A DNA stretch of 64,000 nucleotides from Atribacterota bacterium (lineage in GTDB: Bacteria; Atribacterota; Phoenicimicrobiia; Phoenicimicrobiales; Stramentimicrobiaceae): assembly GCA_028703475.1 (NCBI GenBank), contig JAQVMU010000002.1, forward strand, positions 29 to 64,028, written 5' to 3'. How positions within the stretch are numbered: position 1 is the first letter of the stretch; every line of letters starts with the position of its first letter. Shown piece by piece: positions 50,139 through 59,568 of the stretch. The notes under the pieces are model-generated. The model was not told the DNA's origin, did no database searches, and worked only from the letters and a program-made list of their open reading frames with translations. A program made the position numbers and the translations under genes.

Positions 50139-50672
50139 TTATTCATTTGCTTTTTTTGAAATACTATCTAAATTTGGAGATTTTTGCAGAGGAGAGATGA
50201 CAACCCTACGATAAGGCTCAACGCCTTCACTATGAGTATTTATATGAGGATCGTCTTTTAAAGAAAGATGAATAAGCCTTCTTTCAATGCTGTTCATAAA
50301 GTATAATGCAACTACTTTCCCTCTTTCTTTTGCAATCTTAGCTTTTTCAAGGGCAAATCTTTTTAGAGATTCTTCTCTTCTTTTACGATATCCGTCTATA
50401 TCCACTAAATATAGTTTCTGATTATCTTTATCGGTATTTTGATTTACTATCATGTTAACAAGATATTGAATAGCATCCAGGGTATGCCCATGTTTACCAA
50501 TAATAAGACCGGGATCTGCCTTGCTTACTTCAAAAATAACATAATCCTGATCAGAAAATATCTTCTTTGCTTCGGATCCGGCGCTAATTGAATTAATAAT
50601 TTTTGTAAGCACTTCTAATGCCTTTTTTTCTTTACTCAAAAAATCTCTTTTATTATCTTGAGAATCTAACAA
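50139..50672 (-). CDS. khpB: Jag/KhpB RNA-binding protein (KH + R3H domains)
   Basis: 177 aa with an R3H region (..YFMNSIERRLIHLSL..). Lies downstream of yidC. Confidence 0.75.
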   Translation of the reverse strand: MLDSQDNKRDFLSKEKKALEVLTKIINSISAGSEAKKIFSDQDYVIFEVSKADPGLIIGKHGHTLDAIQYLVNMIVNQNTDKDNQKLYLVDIDGYRKRREESLKRFALEKAKIAKERGKVVALYFMNSIERRLIHLSLKDDPHINTHSEGVEPYRRVVISPLQKSPNLDSISKKANE

Positions 50673-50719
50673 TTAAAACACTCTTTCTTTATTGTTTTAA
50701 TCAGCTTAAACTGTTTTAC

Positions 50720-51667
50720 TTATTTTTGATTATTTTTCCCTTTATTCTTATCCTGCTTATTCTGTAGAGAGGCAGGTTTTTCATAACCCGGAATCCAGGA
50801 AGTGTCTTTTTCTATATTTTTATTACCTTTTTCTTTTTCCTTCTTATTAACTTCCTGTATTGCTTTTGGTTGTGTTTTTTCTTCTTTTTTTAATTCTTTG
50901 TCATTATTTACTGTAATAGTCTTAATTTCGGTCTCCTTTTTGTTAATTAATATCTGCTGACCAATCCCAAAAATTGTAGAGGTAACCCAGTATAAACTTA
51001 ACCCGGAAGGTAGTGTAAAGCTGATAAAACCAATCATTAAAGGCATGATAGTAGTCATCATCTTTTGTGTTCCGGCGGTTGGATTTGATGAGCTGCTATT
51101 CTGTGAAGACTCAGGCATAGCCGGTGTCGTCAGCTTCTGCTGAATATACATCGTTGCTCCAACTAATATAGGTAAAATACCAATAAAATATTCGTTTCCC
51201 GACATATTTATAACACCAAACAACTTATCCGGGGCAGCCAGCCCTGCTACCATTTCTCCCTGATACATAATTTCATTCTGTATCCATAAAAAACCACCGG
51301 CAACTTGTTCAGTATTTGGAATAAAATACTTAAATTCGCGCAAAACCTGGAAAAATAAAATTAATATTGGCATCTGTATAAGAAGTGGTAAGCATCCTCC
51401 CATAGGATTCACATTATGTTCTTTATATAAACGCATCAGTTCCTGATTCATCTTCTCTTTATCATTTTTATATTTTCTTTGAATCTCCTGCATCAATGGC
51501 TGTACTTTTTGGGTTTCTCTCATAGAAGTCATCTGCTTTTGCATTAAAGGATAGAGGAGAAGCCTGATAATAATTGTCAATAAAATAATGGCTAATCCAT
51601 AATTATGGGTAACACCATATAAAAATTCTAAGATTTGACTTACTATATTAATTAATGAACTCCACAA
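50720..51667 (-). CDS. yidC: membrane protein insertase YidC/Oxa1 (short form) with Lys-rich C-terminal tail
   Basis: 60-kDa-IMP core (..LPILIQMPILI.., ..GLSLYW..) and a K/N/E-rich tail. Confidence 0.9.
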   Translation of the reverse strand: MWSSLINIVSQILEFLYGVTHNYGLAIILLTIIIRLLLYPLMQKQMTSMRETQKVQPLMQEIQRKYKNDKEKMNQELMRLYKEHNVNPMGGCLPLLIQMPILILFFQVLREFKYFIPNTEQVAGGFLWIQNEIMYQGEMVAGLAAPDKLFGVINMSGNEYFIGILPILVGATMYIQQKLTTPAMPESSQNSSSSNPTAGTQKMMTTIMPLMIGFISFTLPSGLSLYWVTSTIFGIGQQILINKKETEIKTITVNNDKELKKEEKTQPKAIQEVNKKEKEKGNKNIEKDTSWIPGYEKPASLQNKQDKNKGKNNQK

Positions 51668-51767
51668 AATATTAATCTCCTTTTTTGAATATTATTTATC
51701 AATCAATTCGATGAGTAATAAATAACAGCACTATATATTATTCCTAATTCAATATTTATTCTTTTAT

Positions 51768-52028
51768 CTATTTCTTTCCGGTTCCGGATAAATTTAATTT
51801 ATTAACTGTTTTAACCGGAACAGGGTCATAACCACCAGAATGGTAGGGGTGACAACGCAGTATTCTGCAAATCGCAAGTCTTGATCCCTCAAAAAAGCCA
51901 AATCTTTGAATAGATTGAATGGCATAATCAGAACAACTGGGATAAAACCTGCATGTTGCAGGTTTTAGAGGGGAAATATATTTTTGATAAAACACGATTA
52001 AAGCAATAAACATCTTACTCATTAACAC
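51768..52028 (-). CDS. yidD: membrane protein insertion efficiency factor YidD
   Basis: ..[19 protein letters not shown].. signature. Confidence 0.85.
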   Translation of the reverse strand: MLMSKMFIALIVFYQKYISPLKPATCRFYPSCSDYAIQSIQRFGFFEGSRLAICRILRCHPYHSGGYDPVPVKTVNKLNLSGTGKK

Positions 52029-52064
52029 ATTCTACCATCTTGCTGACAGACAGTTAATCCTTGA

Positions 52065-52385
52065 TTATAATTTATTAATTAATTTAACTATATCTTCTTC
52101 AATTTCCTTAAAACTAGCATTTATAATATTTTTTCTTGCTAAAATAACTATATCATAACCGGATAATAAATTACTATATTTATTGCGCAATATTTCTCTT
52201 AATATCCGTTTTATTCTATTTCTTTTAACTGCGTTTCCAATATACTTTTTAGTAATAATTCCATATCTGTTGATATTTCTTTCTATCGGAAGAAAGTATA
52301 GTATAACATACTTTCCAATTCTTTTATCGCCGGATAAAAAAACTCTCTTAAATTCATTATTACTTTTTAATGTTTCATTCTTCAA
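52065..52385 (-). CDS. rnpA: ribonuclease P protein component
   Basis: 106 aa basic protein of the RnpA family (..AVKRNRIKRILRE..). Lies immediately downstream of rpmH. Confidence 0.85.
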   Translation of the reverse strand: MKNETLKSNNEFKRVFLSGDKRIGKYVILYFLPIERNINRYGIITKKYIGNAVKRNRIKRILREILRNKYSNLLSGYDIVILARKNIINASFKEIEEDIVKLINKL

Positions 52386-52403
52386 ATTTGTATAATTACA
52401 TTC

Positions 52404-52544
52404 CTAACCGGAAACGGTTAATCTTTTTCTTCCTTTTTTTCTTCTTCTTTTTAAGATAAGTCTACCGCTTCGGGTACTCATACGGTTGCGGAAACCATGC
52501 ACTTTTAATTTTTTACGAGTATTAGGCTGATAAGTACGCTTCAT
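52404..52544 (-). CDS. rpmH: 50S ribosomal protein L34
   Basis: Not in the supplied ORF track because it falls below the length cut-off. Hand translation gives [46 protein letters not shown] with an AGGAG RBS. Confidence 0.9.
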   Translation of the reverse strand: MKRTYQPNTRKKLKVHGFRNRMSTRSGRLILKRRRKKGRKRLTVSG

Positions 52545-52574
52545 TAGAATCTTTTCTCCTTTTTTGTAAAAATT

Positions 52575-53137
52575 TCTTGTTATTTAAATCTTAATCAAAA
52601 TCATTTAAAAATTTACTTAATATTTTCCTATTGAAAGTATGTTTCCAGTTAATATTAATATAAAAACCACAAATAATGCAATAGTCTAACTTATTTTTGT
52701 TTCTATTGCAAGTTATCATTATAAAATAATATTATAGATAAACTATTATACAAAGTAAACTAAATTCAATTCATTGAAAAAGAAAAATAGTCTTTATTTT
52801 TATTTTTTAATTTGTTATTATAATATCATTAAATGAAAATTCATATTCTTATTTAAATATTTTTGATTAATATCTTAGTTTTCCACAATTGTTAATAAGT
52901 TGTGAATTATTTGAAAACCCCTTATGTGCAGTCGTTATAGGTCAGAGACAATCGGTGTTAAAAAACAAGTTTAACTCTGTAAACGATGAATTTTCACAAT
53001 AAATTTCAATCAGACTGTTTTCCACAGGGAAATGTTAATAATGTGAATAAATATTCTTCTTTCTTTAAAATTATTTTATGTTAGAATAGTTATTCAAAAA
53101 GTTACCCAAAATAAAATATAACAGCAAAAGGAATGAT
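52575..53137. promoter_or_regulatory. oriC: oriC candidate, DnaA-box cluster upstream of dnaA
   Basis: TTTTCCACA at 52879 and 53018, TTTTCACAA at 52991, the inverse TTGTGAATT at 52900 and TGTGAATAA at 53042. All are 1-2 mismatch variants of TTATCCACA, in the rpmH-dnaA spacer. Confidence 0.6.
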
Positions 53138-54508
53138 ATGAGTTATAACAAAATAAATAATAAGTGGGAAGATATTTTAAAAATTATTCAAGAAAACTTG
53201 ACTCCACAACTTTTTAATACCTGGTTTTCCGGTGTTAAATATATAGATTTTAAAGACAATGAACTAAAATTAGCTGTACCTAATTTATTTTGCAAAAACT
53301 GGCTGGAAAAAAACTACTATCAATTTCTAAAAGATATACTTGTAGACCAGCTTGGAATTGACGAGAATGTATTAATAAAATTTCAGGTTGATTCATTAAA
53401 AACTCCCGGGCAGTCCAGGGAAAGAAAAAAAAATACAAACCAGGATGATTTACAAAAAAAATATGATAAAACAGGTTTAAACCCAAATTATGCATTTGAA
53501 AGTTTTATTATTGGAGACAGTAACCGTTTTGCCCATGCTGCCTGTATGGCAGTTGCCCAATCACCGGCAAAATCTTATAACCCGTTATTTGTTTATGGAG
53601 GGGTAGGGTTGGGGAAAACTCATCTGATGCATGCAATTGGTAATTTTATTATAAATAAAAATTCGATTCACTCTACTAATATCTCTTACATATCTTCAGA
53701 AAAATTCACAAATGAATTAATTAATGCCATCAGGGATGACTCAACTGAATCTTTTCGAGATAAATACCGCAATTTTGATATTCTATTAATCGATGATATT
53801 CAATTTCTGGCAGGAAAAGAAAAGACACAGGAGGAATTTTTTCATACTTTTAATGCTCTTTATAATGCGGGAAAACAGATAGTTATTACCTCTGATCGTC
53901 CACCAAAGGATATTACCAGTTTAGAAAGCCGCTTGGTATCACGCTTTGAGTGGGGGCTTATTACCGATATCTCCCAGCCGGATTTAGAGACAAGAATTGC
54001 TATTCTTCAAAAGAAGGCACAGAGCTGTCAAACAGAAATATCTGAAGAAATTATTCAGTATATTGCCAGTAAGATTCTAACCAATATACGTCAATTAGAA
54101 GGTGCCTTAAATAAGCTGGATGCCTATGCCACCTTGACCCAGACTAAGATAGATTTCCCCTTGGCTAAACAAATTTTAAAAGATTTTATCACCATTGAGG
54201 AAAAAGAAATTTCCATTCAAATGATTCAAAAACATACTGCAGAATATTTTAATCTAAAACCAAGTATATTACTATCAAAAAAAAGGTCTAAAAACATTGT
54301 AACAGCACGACATATTGCCATGTATCTAACTAAAGAACTGACAGATTATTCTCTCACTGTAATAGGAGATTCTTTTGGAGGGAAAGACCATACTACAGTA
54401 ATTCATTCCTGTAACAAAATAAAAGAACAAATTAAAACAGATAAAAAGTTAAAATATAGTATAGATAAAATAATTAACCAAATACAAAATGGCCCAAATA
54501 ATATATAA
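53138..54508 (+). CDS. dnaA: chromosomal replication initiator protein DnaA
   Basis: AAA+ Walker A GGVGLGKTHL, box VII and the C-terminal DnaA-box-binding domain (..ARHIAMYL..). Confidence 0.95.
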   Translation: MSYNKINNKWEDILKIIQENLTPQLFNTWFSGVKYIDFKDNELKLAVPNLFCKNWLEKNYYQFLKDILVDQLGIDENVLIKFQVDSLKTPGQSRERKKNTNQDDLQKKYDKTGLNPNYAFESFIIGDSNRFAHAACMAVAQSPAKSYNPLFVYGGVGLGKTHLMHAIGNFIINKNSIHSTNISYISSEKFTNELINAIRDDSTESFRDKYRNFDILLIDDIQFLAGKEKTQEEFFHTFNALYNAGKQIVITSDRPPKDITSLESRLVSRFEWGLITDISQPDLETRIAILQKKAQSCQTEISEEIIQYIASKILTNIRQLEGALNKLDAYATLTQTKIDFPLAKQILKDFITIEEKEISIQMIQKHTAEYFNLKPSILLSKKRSKNIVTARHIAMYLTKELTDYSLTVIGDSFGGKDHTTVIHSCNKIKEQIKTDKKLKYSIDKIINQIQNGPNNI

Positions 54509-54699
54509 ATTTCGATAATATATAATTGTTAATAATGTTAATAAAAAATATATGTTTTTAAGAATTTTATTAACATTTCTACTAATAATAAATCAAGGTA
54601 ATATTAAGGTTATTAACAATATTAACATTATTACTATTACTATTACTAATTAATATAAACAAAATAATCAATTTAATAAGAGGAAAGAGGGGATAAATA
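54509..54699. promoter_or_regulatory. oriC: AT-rich dnaA-dnaN spacer: probable second oriC half / DNA unwinding element with (TTACTA)x3 trinucleotide-pair repeats and TTATTAACA-type degenerate DnaA boxes
   Basis: About 85% A+T. The tandem ATTACTATTACTATTACTAAT reads TAGTAATAGTAATAG on the complement. Repeated TGTTAATAA / TTATTAACA elements are present. Confidence 0.5.
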
Positions 54700-55872
54700 A
54701 TGAGGGTTATTTGTTCGCAAAAAAGTTTAATGAACGGAATACAAAAAGTCCAGAAGGCAATTTCTACAAAACTTGGTTTACCAATTTATAGTGGTATACT
54801 TTTTGAAGTAAGTAAAAATAATAAAATACATTTATTTGCCACAGATTTGGAAATTGGTATTGATTGTTATATTTCAGCCCAGATAATTGAACATGGTTCA
54901 GTAGTTATACCAAATAAAATATTCAGTGATTTAATAAGGAAATTTCCTGAAGGAAATATTGAGATTGAAGTAGGGGATGATAATATTATTTATCTTAAGC
55001 AAGAAGATTCCTCAAGTTATAAGATTTATGGATTCTCAGCAGATGATTTTTCTCCTTTTCCTGAAATTCAAAGTAAAATAAAAATAGAATTTACTAAAAC
55101 AATTTTAAAGGATACAATTCAAGAAGTCATATTAGCTGCTTCAAAAGATGAAAATCGCTCATTTTTAAATGGTTTATTGTTTAAGAAAATTGATAATAGT
55201 ATTGAAGTTGCCGCAACTGATAGTCATCGTTTAGCAGTTAAAAAAATAAAAATAGATAAAGTAAATAATTTAGAAATAGATAATAAATTTGATGTTATTA
55301 TTCCACAAAGGGCAATGTCAGAATTATTTAAATTACTTTCTTATGATGAAGAGGGAATGGTTGAAATAGGAATTGGTGAAAAACAGGTAGTATTTATTTT
55401 AGATCCAGATGGTGAAAAGAATAAAATTAGATTATACTCCCGTATTATTGAAGGACAGTTTCCTGATTATCATCAGATTATTCCGAATAAGTTTAAAACA
55501 ACTGTAAAAGTAAATACAGAAGAACTCAGACAAAGGATGGAAAGAATTACCTTATTTGTAAAAGAGGATATTAATACAGTTAGAATGGAAGTACATAATT
55601 CTAAACAACAACAGGGTGAAAATAGAGGGGAAATAATTATTAGAGTAAAAACCCCGGATATTGGTGATGCTTATGAACAAATTCCTTGTATTACAGAAGG
55701 TGATTATGTGGAAATTGCCTTTAACTCCCGTTATATAATGGATGTGCTGAGAATTATAAAAACAGACAATACAGAAATAAAATTAAATGAAAATCTTAAT
55801 CCCGCAATGATTAAACCATTAGATAAAGACAATTTTTATAGTTATATATTAATGCCGGTTAGAATGGATTGA
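54700..55872 (+). CDS. dnaN: DNA polymerase III subunit beta (sliding clamp)
   Basis: 390 aa three-domain clamp pattern, positioned downstream of dnaA. Confidence 0.9.
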   Translation: MRVICSQKSLMNGIQKVQKAISTKLGLPIYSGILFEVSKNNKIHLFATDLEIGIDCYISAQIIEHGSVVIPNKIFSDLIRKFPEGNIEIEVGDDNIIYLKQEDSSSYKIYGFSADDFSPFPEIQSKIKIEFTKTILKDTIQEVILAASKDENRSFLNGLLFKKIDNSIEVAATDSHRLAVKKIKIDKVNNLEIDNKFDVIIPQRAMSELFKLLSYDEEGMVEIGIGEKQVVFILDPDGEKNKIRLYSRIIEGQFPDYHQIIPNKFKTTVKVNTEELRQRMERITLFVKEDINTVRMEVHNSKQQQGENRGEIIIRVKTPDIGDAYEQIPCITEGDYVEIAFNSRYIMDVLRIIKTDNTEIKLNENLNPAMIKPLDKDNFYSYILMPVRMD

Positions 55873-55891
55873 ATAAAGAAAGGGAAATCAT

Positions 55892-57034
55892 TTGAATGTT
55901 AAAAAAATACGGCTGATTAATTTTAGAAACATCCTGGATTTATCAGTTGATTTTGATAATTCTCTTAATATATTTATAGGAAATAATGCCCAGGGGAAAA
56001 CAAATTTAGTTGAATCAATATTTACTTTAATGAAAGGAAAATCTTACCGGACAACCAATGATGAAAATTTAATTAATTGGAATGAAAATAAAAGTTATAT
56101 TTTAGGTGAGGTACAAAAAAAAGAAGAGAATTATAAAATTAGTATTTTACTGCAAAATATAGGTAATGATGATAAACAAACTGTAAAATTAAAAAAAGTA
56201 ATTAAAATAAATAAAAAATATCAAAGAAGAGATGATTTATTTAAAAAATTTAATCCGGTAATCTTTACACCTGAGGATCTTCAAATTATAAAAAGTACCC
56301 CTTTAATCCGAAGAAAGTTTTTAGATGAAGTAATTATTAGTATTAATTTGGTTTATAATAAATATTTAAGGAACTATAATAGAATTTTATATCAGAGGAA
56401 TACATTATTAAAAAGTGGGAAAAATATAAATAAAATCGATAAACAGTTAATAATATGGGATCAGAAAATTATAGAATTAGGCACTATAATTATTTTAAAT
56501 AGAATTAAAACTCTTCAAAAAATTAATAAAAAAGCAAAGATTTTTCATCAGATGATGACAGAAAATAAAGAAACTATTAAACTTAAATATAACAGTAATG
56601 TATTAGAAGATTACACTGATGATAAAGAAGAAATTTATAAAATAATTGAAAATAAATTAAAAGAATCCCGCGAAAAAGACTTTCAGTTAAAGATGACTAC
56701 TATTGGACCTCACAGAGATGATTATTATATTATGAATAATACAATTAATTTAGGTGTTTATGGTTCTCAGGGACAACAACGTACAGCTGCTCTATCATTA
56801 AAACTTGCCGAACTTGAACTTCTTAAGGAACAGGAAAATGAATATCCTGTTTTACTGTTAGATGATGTTATGTCTGAGCTTGATCCGGAAAGAAGATTTT
56901 TTCTATTAAAATTAATAACGGAAAGATCTGTGCAAACATTTATAACTAATATTATTTTAGATGAGTTAAAAGAACTGGAAGTTGTAAATAATCTGAAAAT
57001 ATTTAAAATTAAAAATGGAATGATTGAAGGATAA
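55892..57034 (+). CDS. recF: DNA replication and repair protein RecF
   Basis: TTG start with an AGGGA RBS, Walker A GNNAQGKTN and the SMC-like signature near the C-terminus. Confidence 0.9.
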   Translation: MNVKKIRLINFRNILDLSVDFDNSLNIFIGNNAQGKTNLVESIFTLMKGKSYRTTNDENLINWNENKSYILGEVQKKEENYKISILLQNIGNDDKQTVKLKKVIKINKKYQRRDDLFKKFNPVIFTPEDLQIIKSTPLIRRKFLDEVIISINLVYNKYLRNYNRILYQRNTLLKSGKNINKIDKQLIIWDQKIIELGTIIILNRIKTLQKINKKAKIFHQMMTENKETIKLKYNSNVLEDYTDDKEEIYKIIENKLKESREKDFQLKMTTIGPHRDDYYIMNNTINLGVYGSQGQQRTAALSLKLAELELLKEQENEYPVLLLDDVMSELDPERRFFLLKLITERSVQTFITNIILDELKELEVVNNLKIFKIKNGMIEG

Positions 57035-57363
57035 TGAAAAATAGTTTACCTAAGCATATTGGAGAAATTATTCAAGTTTATTTAAAAGAACAAAATTGGA
57101 CACAAAGGATTAACGGTTATAATATATTTCAGTCATGGGAAGAGTTTATACCGAAAAAAATTGCACAAAATACCAGGCCTATTAAAATTCAGGATAACAC
57201 TCTGTTTATCAGGGTTAAAAACCACGTATGGGCGAATGAATTAAGAATTAGAAAAGGAGAATTTTTAAATTTAGTAAATAAGAATATTGGTAATAATACT
57301 ACAATAAATGAAATAATAATCAGAATTGATACTAAATATTTTGTTGAAAAAAATAAAGAGTAA
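57034..57363 (+). CDS. DUF721-domain protein (YaaB/RemB; DciA-like)
   Basis: 109 aa. The ATG overlaps the recF stop by 1 nt. Pattern ..LFIRVKNHVWANELRIRKGEFL.. is typical of DUF721. Confidence 0.7.
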   Translation: MKNSLPKHIGEIIQVYLKEQNWTQRINGYNIFQSWEEFIPKKIAQNTRPIKIQDNTLFIRVKNHVWANELRIRKGEFLNLVNKNIGNNTTINEIIIRIDTKYFVEKNKE

Positions 57364-57578
57364 ATAGAATTAAGATACTTTAATATAAGTATATTAAGAT
57401 ACTTTAATATAAATAAAAGAATATATAATATATAAAAATATAATCTTTTAGCATACTTTATTGACAAATGTACTATTATATAGTATTATATTTAACATTA
57501 AGCTACTAAATATATTGCATAATGATAAGCCGTGGCTGACTGTCACGGTTTAATTTTGTTTGTTGGAGAATGAAATAG

Positions 57579-59522
57579 ATGGTTAAAAACAACTTACCTA
57601 ATCAACATAAATATACCGCCAAAGAAATACAAGTTTTAGAGGGCCTTGATGCTGTTAGAAAAAGACCGGGAATGTATATTGGAAGTACAGGTAGTAGAGG
57701 CTTACATCATCTTGTTGATGAAGTGGTGGATAATAGTATTGACGAAGCAATGTCCGGTTACTGCAGTAAAATCAAAGTTATAATTCACCAGGATAATAGT
57801 ATTACTGTAATTGATGATGGCCGCGGAATACCGGTGGATATACATAAAAATACTAAATTGCCGGGAGTTACAACTGTTCTTACTAAACTACATGCCGGAG
57901 GAAAATTTGGAAGCGGGAGTTATCAGGTTTCAGGAGGACTTCATGGTGTAGGCGTTTCAGTAGTAAATGCTCTTTCGGAATGGTTAGAAGTAACAGTCAG
58001 CAGAGATAATAAAATATATAGACAGAAATTTGAAAGAGGGAAGCCAGTTGATGAGCTGACTGTAATAGGGAAAACAAACAAAACTGGAACTCAAATTACT
58101 TATCTTCCGGATTCAGAAATATTTGATGATATAGTTATAAATTTTGATATTGTTTCTCATCGTTTAAAAGAACTAGCTTTTCTCAATGCAGGTGTGAAGA
58201 TTGATTTAATAGATGAAAGAGACAATAATAGAACGGTTACTTATAAATATGAAGGCGGAATTATTGAATTTGTTAAATATCTTAATAAAAATAGAGATGT
58301 TTTATATAATAAACCTTTCTATATTAGTGGCAAAAAGGATGATATAGAAGTAGAAATAGCTATTCAGTACAATACAGGTTTTTTAGAAAACATACTTTCT
58401 TTTGCAAATAATATTCATACTGAAGAGGGTGGTACCCACTTATCAGGATTTAAAACTGCCTTAACAAAGACAATTAATGATTATGCCAAAAATGATAATA
58501 TACCCAATCAGAAGAAATATTCTCTGAAAGGTACTGACCAAAACCTTTCCGGAGACGATATTAGAGAGGGTTTAACAGCTGTAATTAGTGTAAAATTACT
58601 TAATCCCCAATTTGAAGGTCAGACTAAAACAAAATTAGGAAATAGTGAAGTAAAAGGTATTGTATTTTCAATAGTAAATGAAAAACTCAGCACTTATTTT
58701 ATTGAAAATCCTGATATAATTCAGAAGATATTAGCAAAGTCGATATCTGCTTTAAAGGCACGTGAGGCTGCAAAAAGAGCGCGGGAACTGGTTAGACAAA
58801 AAAATGGACTGGGACTCGGTTCATTACCGGGAAAACTTGCTGACTGCTCGGAAAAAGACCCTTTACACAGGGAAATATTTATAGTAGAAGGAGATTCAGC
58901 AGGAGGTTCGGCAAAACAGGGCAGGGATAGAAGGTTTCAGGCTATTTTACCTCTGAGAGGTAAAATATTAAATGTTGAAAAAGCACGTTTGCACAAAATA
59001 TTAGCAAATAATGAAATTAAAGCACTTGTTACTGCATCAGGCGTACAAATTGGAGATGATAGTGAATTTGATTTATCCCAGTTAAGATACCATAAAATTA
59101 TTATTATGACTGATGCTGATGTAGACGGAGAACATATCAAAACTTTGTTATTGACTTTTTTTTATCGCTATATGAGACCTTTGATTGAAAAAGGAAAAAT
59201 ATATATTGCGAGACCACCTTTATATAAACTATCATATGGAAAGAAAAACGAGTATCTCTTTTCAGATGAGGAATTGAACAAAAAAACAAAAGAATTAAAT
59301 GGCAATTATTCAATTCAGAGGTATAAAGGACTTGGAGAAATGAATCCATCCCAATTATGGGATACTACAATGAACCCGGAAACAAGAATGGTAAAAAGAG
59401 TTGACCTAACAGATGTTTTAGAGGCAGATGAAATGTTTACTATTCTTATGGGCGGAAAAGTTGAACCCAGAAAAGAGTTTATTTATCAACATAGTGCAGA
59501 AGTTCAAGAGCTTGATATTTAA
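57579..59522 (+). CDS. gyrB: DNA gyrase subunit B
   Basis: GHKL ATPase, the TOPRIM motif (EGDSAGG) and the C-terminal tail. Confidence 0.95.
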   Translation: MVKNNLPNQHKYTAKEIQVLEGLDAVRKRPGMYIGSTGSRGLHHLVDEVVDNSIDEAMSGYCSKIKVIIHQDNSITVIDDGRGIPVDIHKNTKLPGVTTVLTKLHAGGKFGSGSYQVSGGLHGVGVSVVNALSEWLEVTVSRDNKIYRQKFERGKPVDELTVIGKTNKTGTQITYLPDSEIFDDIVINFDIVSHRLKELAFLNAGVKIDLIDERDNNRTVTYKYEGGIIEFVKYLNKNRDVLYNKPFYISGKKDDIEVEIAIQYNTGFLENILSFANNIHTEEGGTHLSGFKTALTKTINDYAKNDNIPNQKKYSLKGTDQNLSGDDIREGLTAVISVKLLNPQFEGQTKTKLGNSEVKGIVFSIVNEKLSTYFIENPDIIQKILAKSISALKAREAAKRARELVRQKNGLGLGSLPGKLADCSEKDPLHREIFIVEGDSAGGSAKQGRDRRFQAILPLRGKILNVEKARLHKILANNEIKALVTASGVQIGDDSEFDLSQLRYHKIIIMTDADVDGEHIKTLLLTFFYRYMRPLIEKGKIYIARPPLYKLSYGKKNEYLFSDEELNKKTKELNGNYSIQRYKGLGEMNPSQLWDTTMNPETRMVKRVDLTDVLEADEMFTILMGGKVEPRKEFIYQHSAEVQELDI

Positions 59523-59568
59523 TATTTTAAAATACTATTAAGAAGAATTAGAAACAAGTTGGTATGAT

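Noticed and set aside
54600-54660. Short tandem repeats (TTACTA x3, TTATTAACA repeats) considered as a possible CRISPR or minisatellite.
   Set aside because: They are too short, have no spacers and lie in the dnaA-dnaN spacer. They are better explained as origin unwinding or DnaA-trio-like elements.
57189-57467. 92-aa minus-strand ORF (I/L/F/Y-rich) overlapping the DUF721 3' end and the gyrB upstream region.
   Set aside because: Low-complexity product of AT-rich DNA. It overlaps a better-supported gene and the direct-repeat region.
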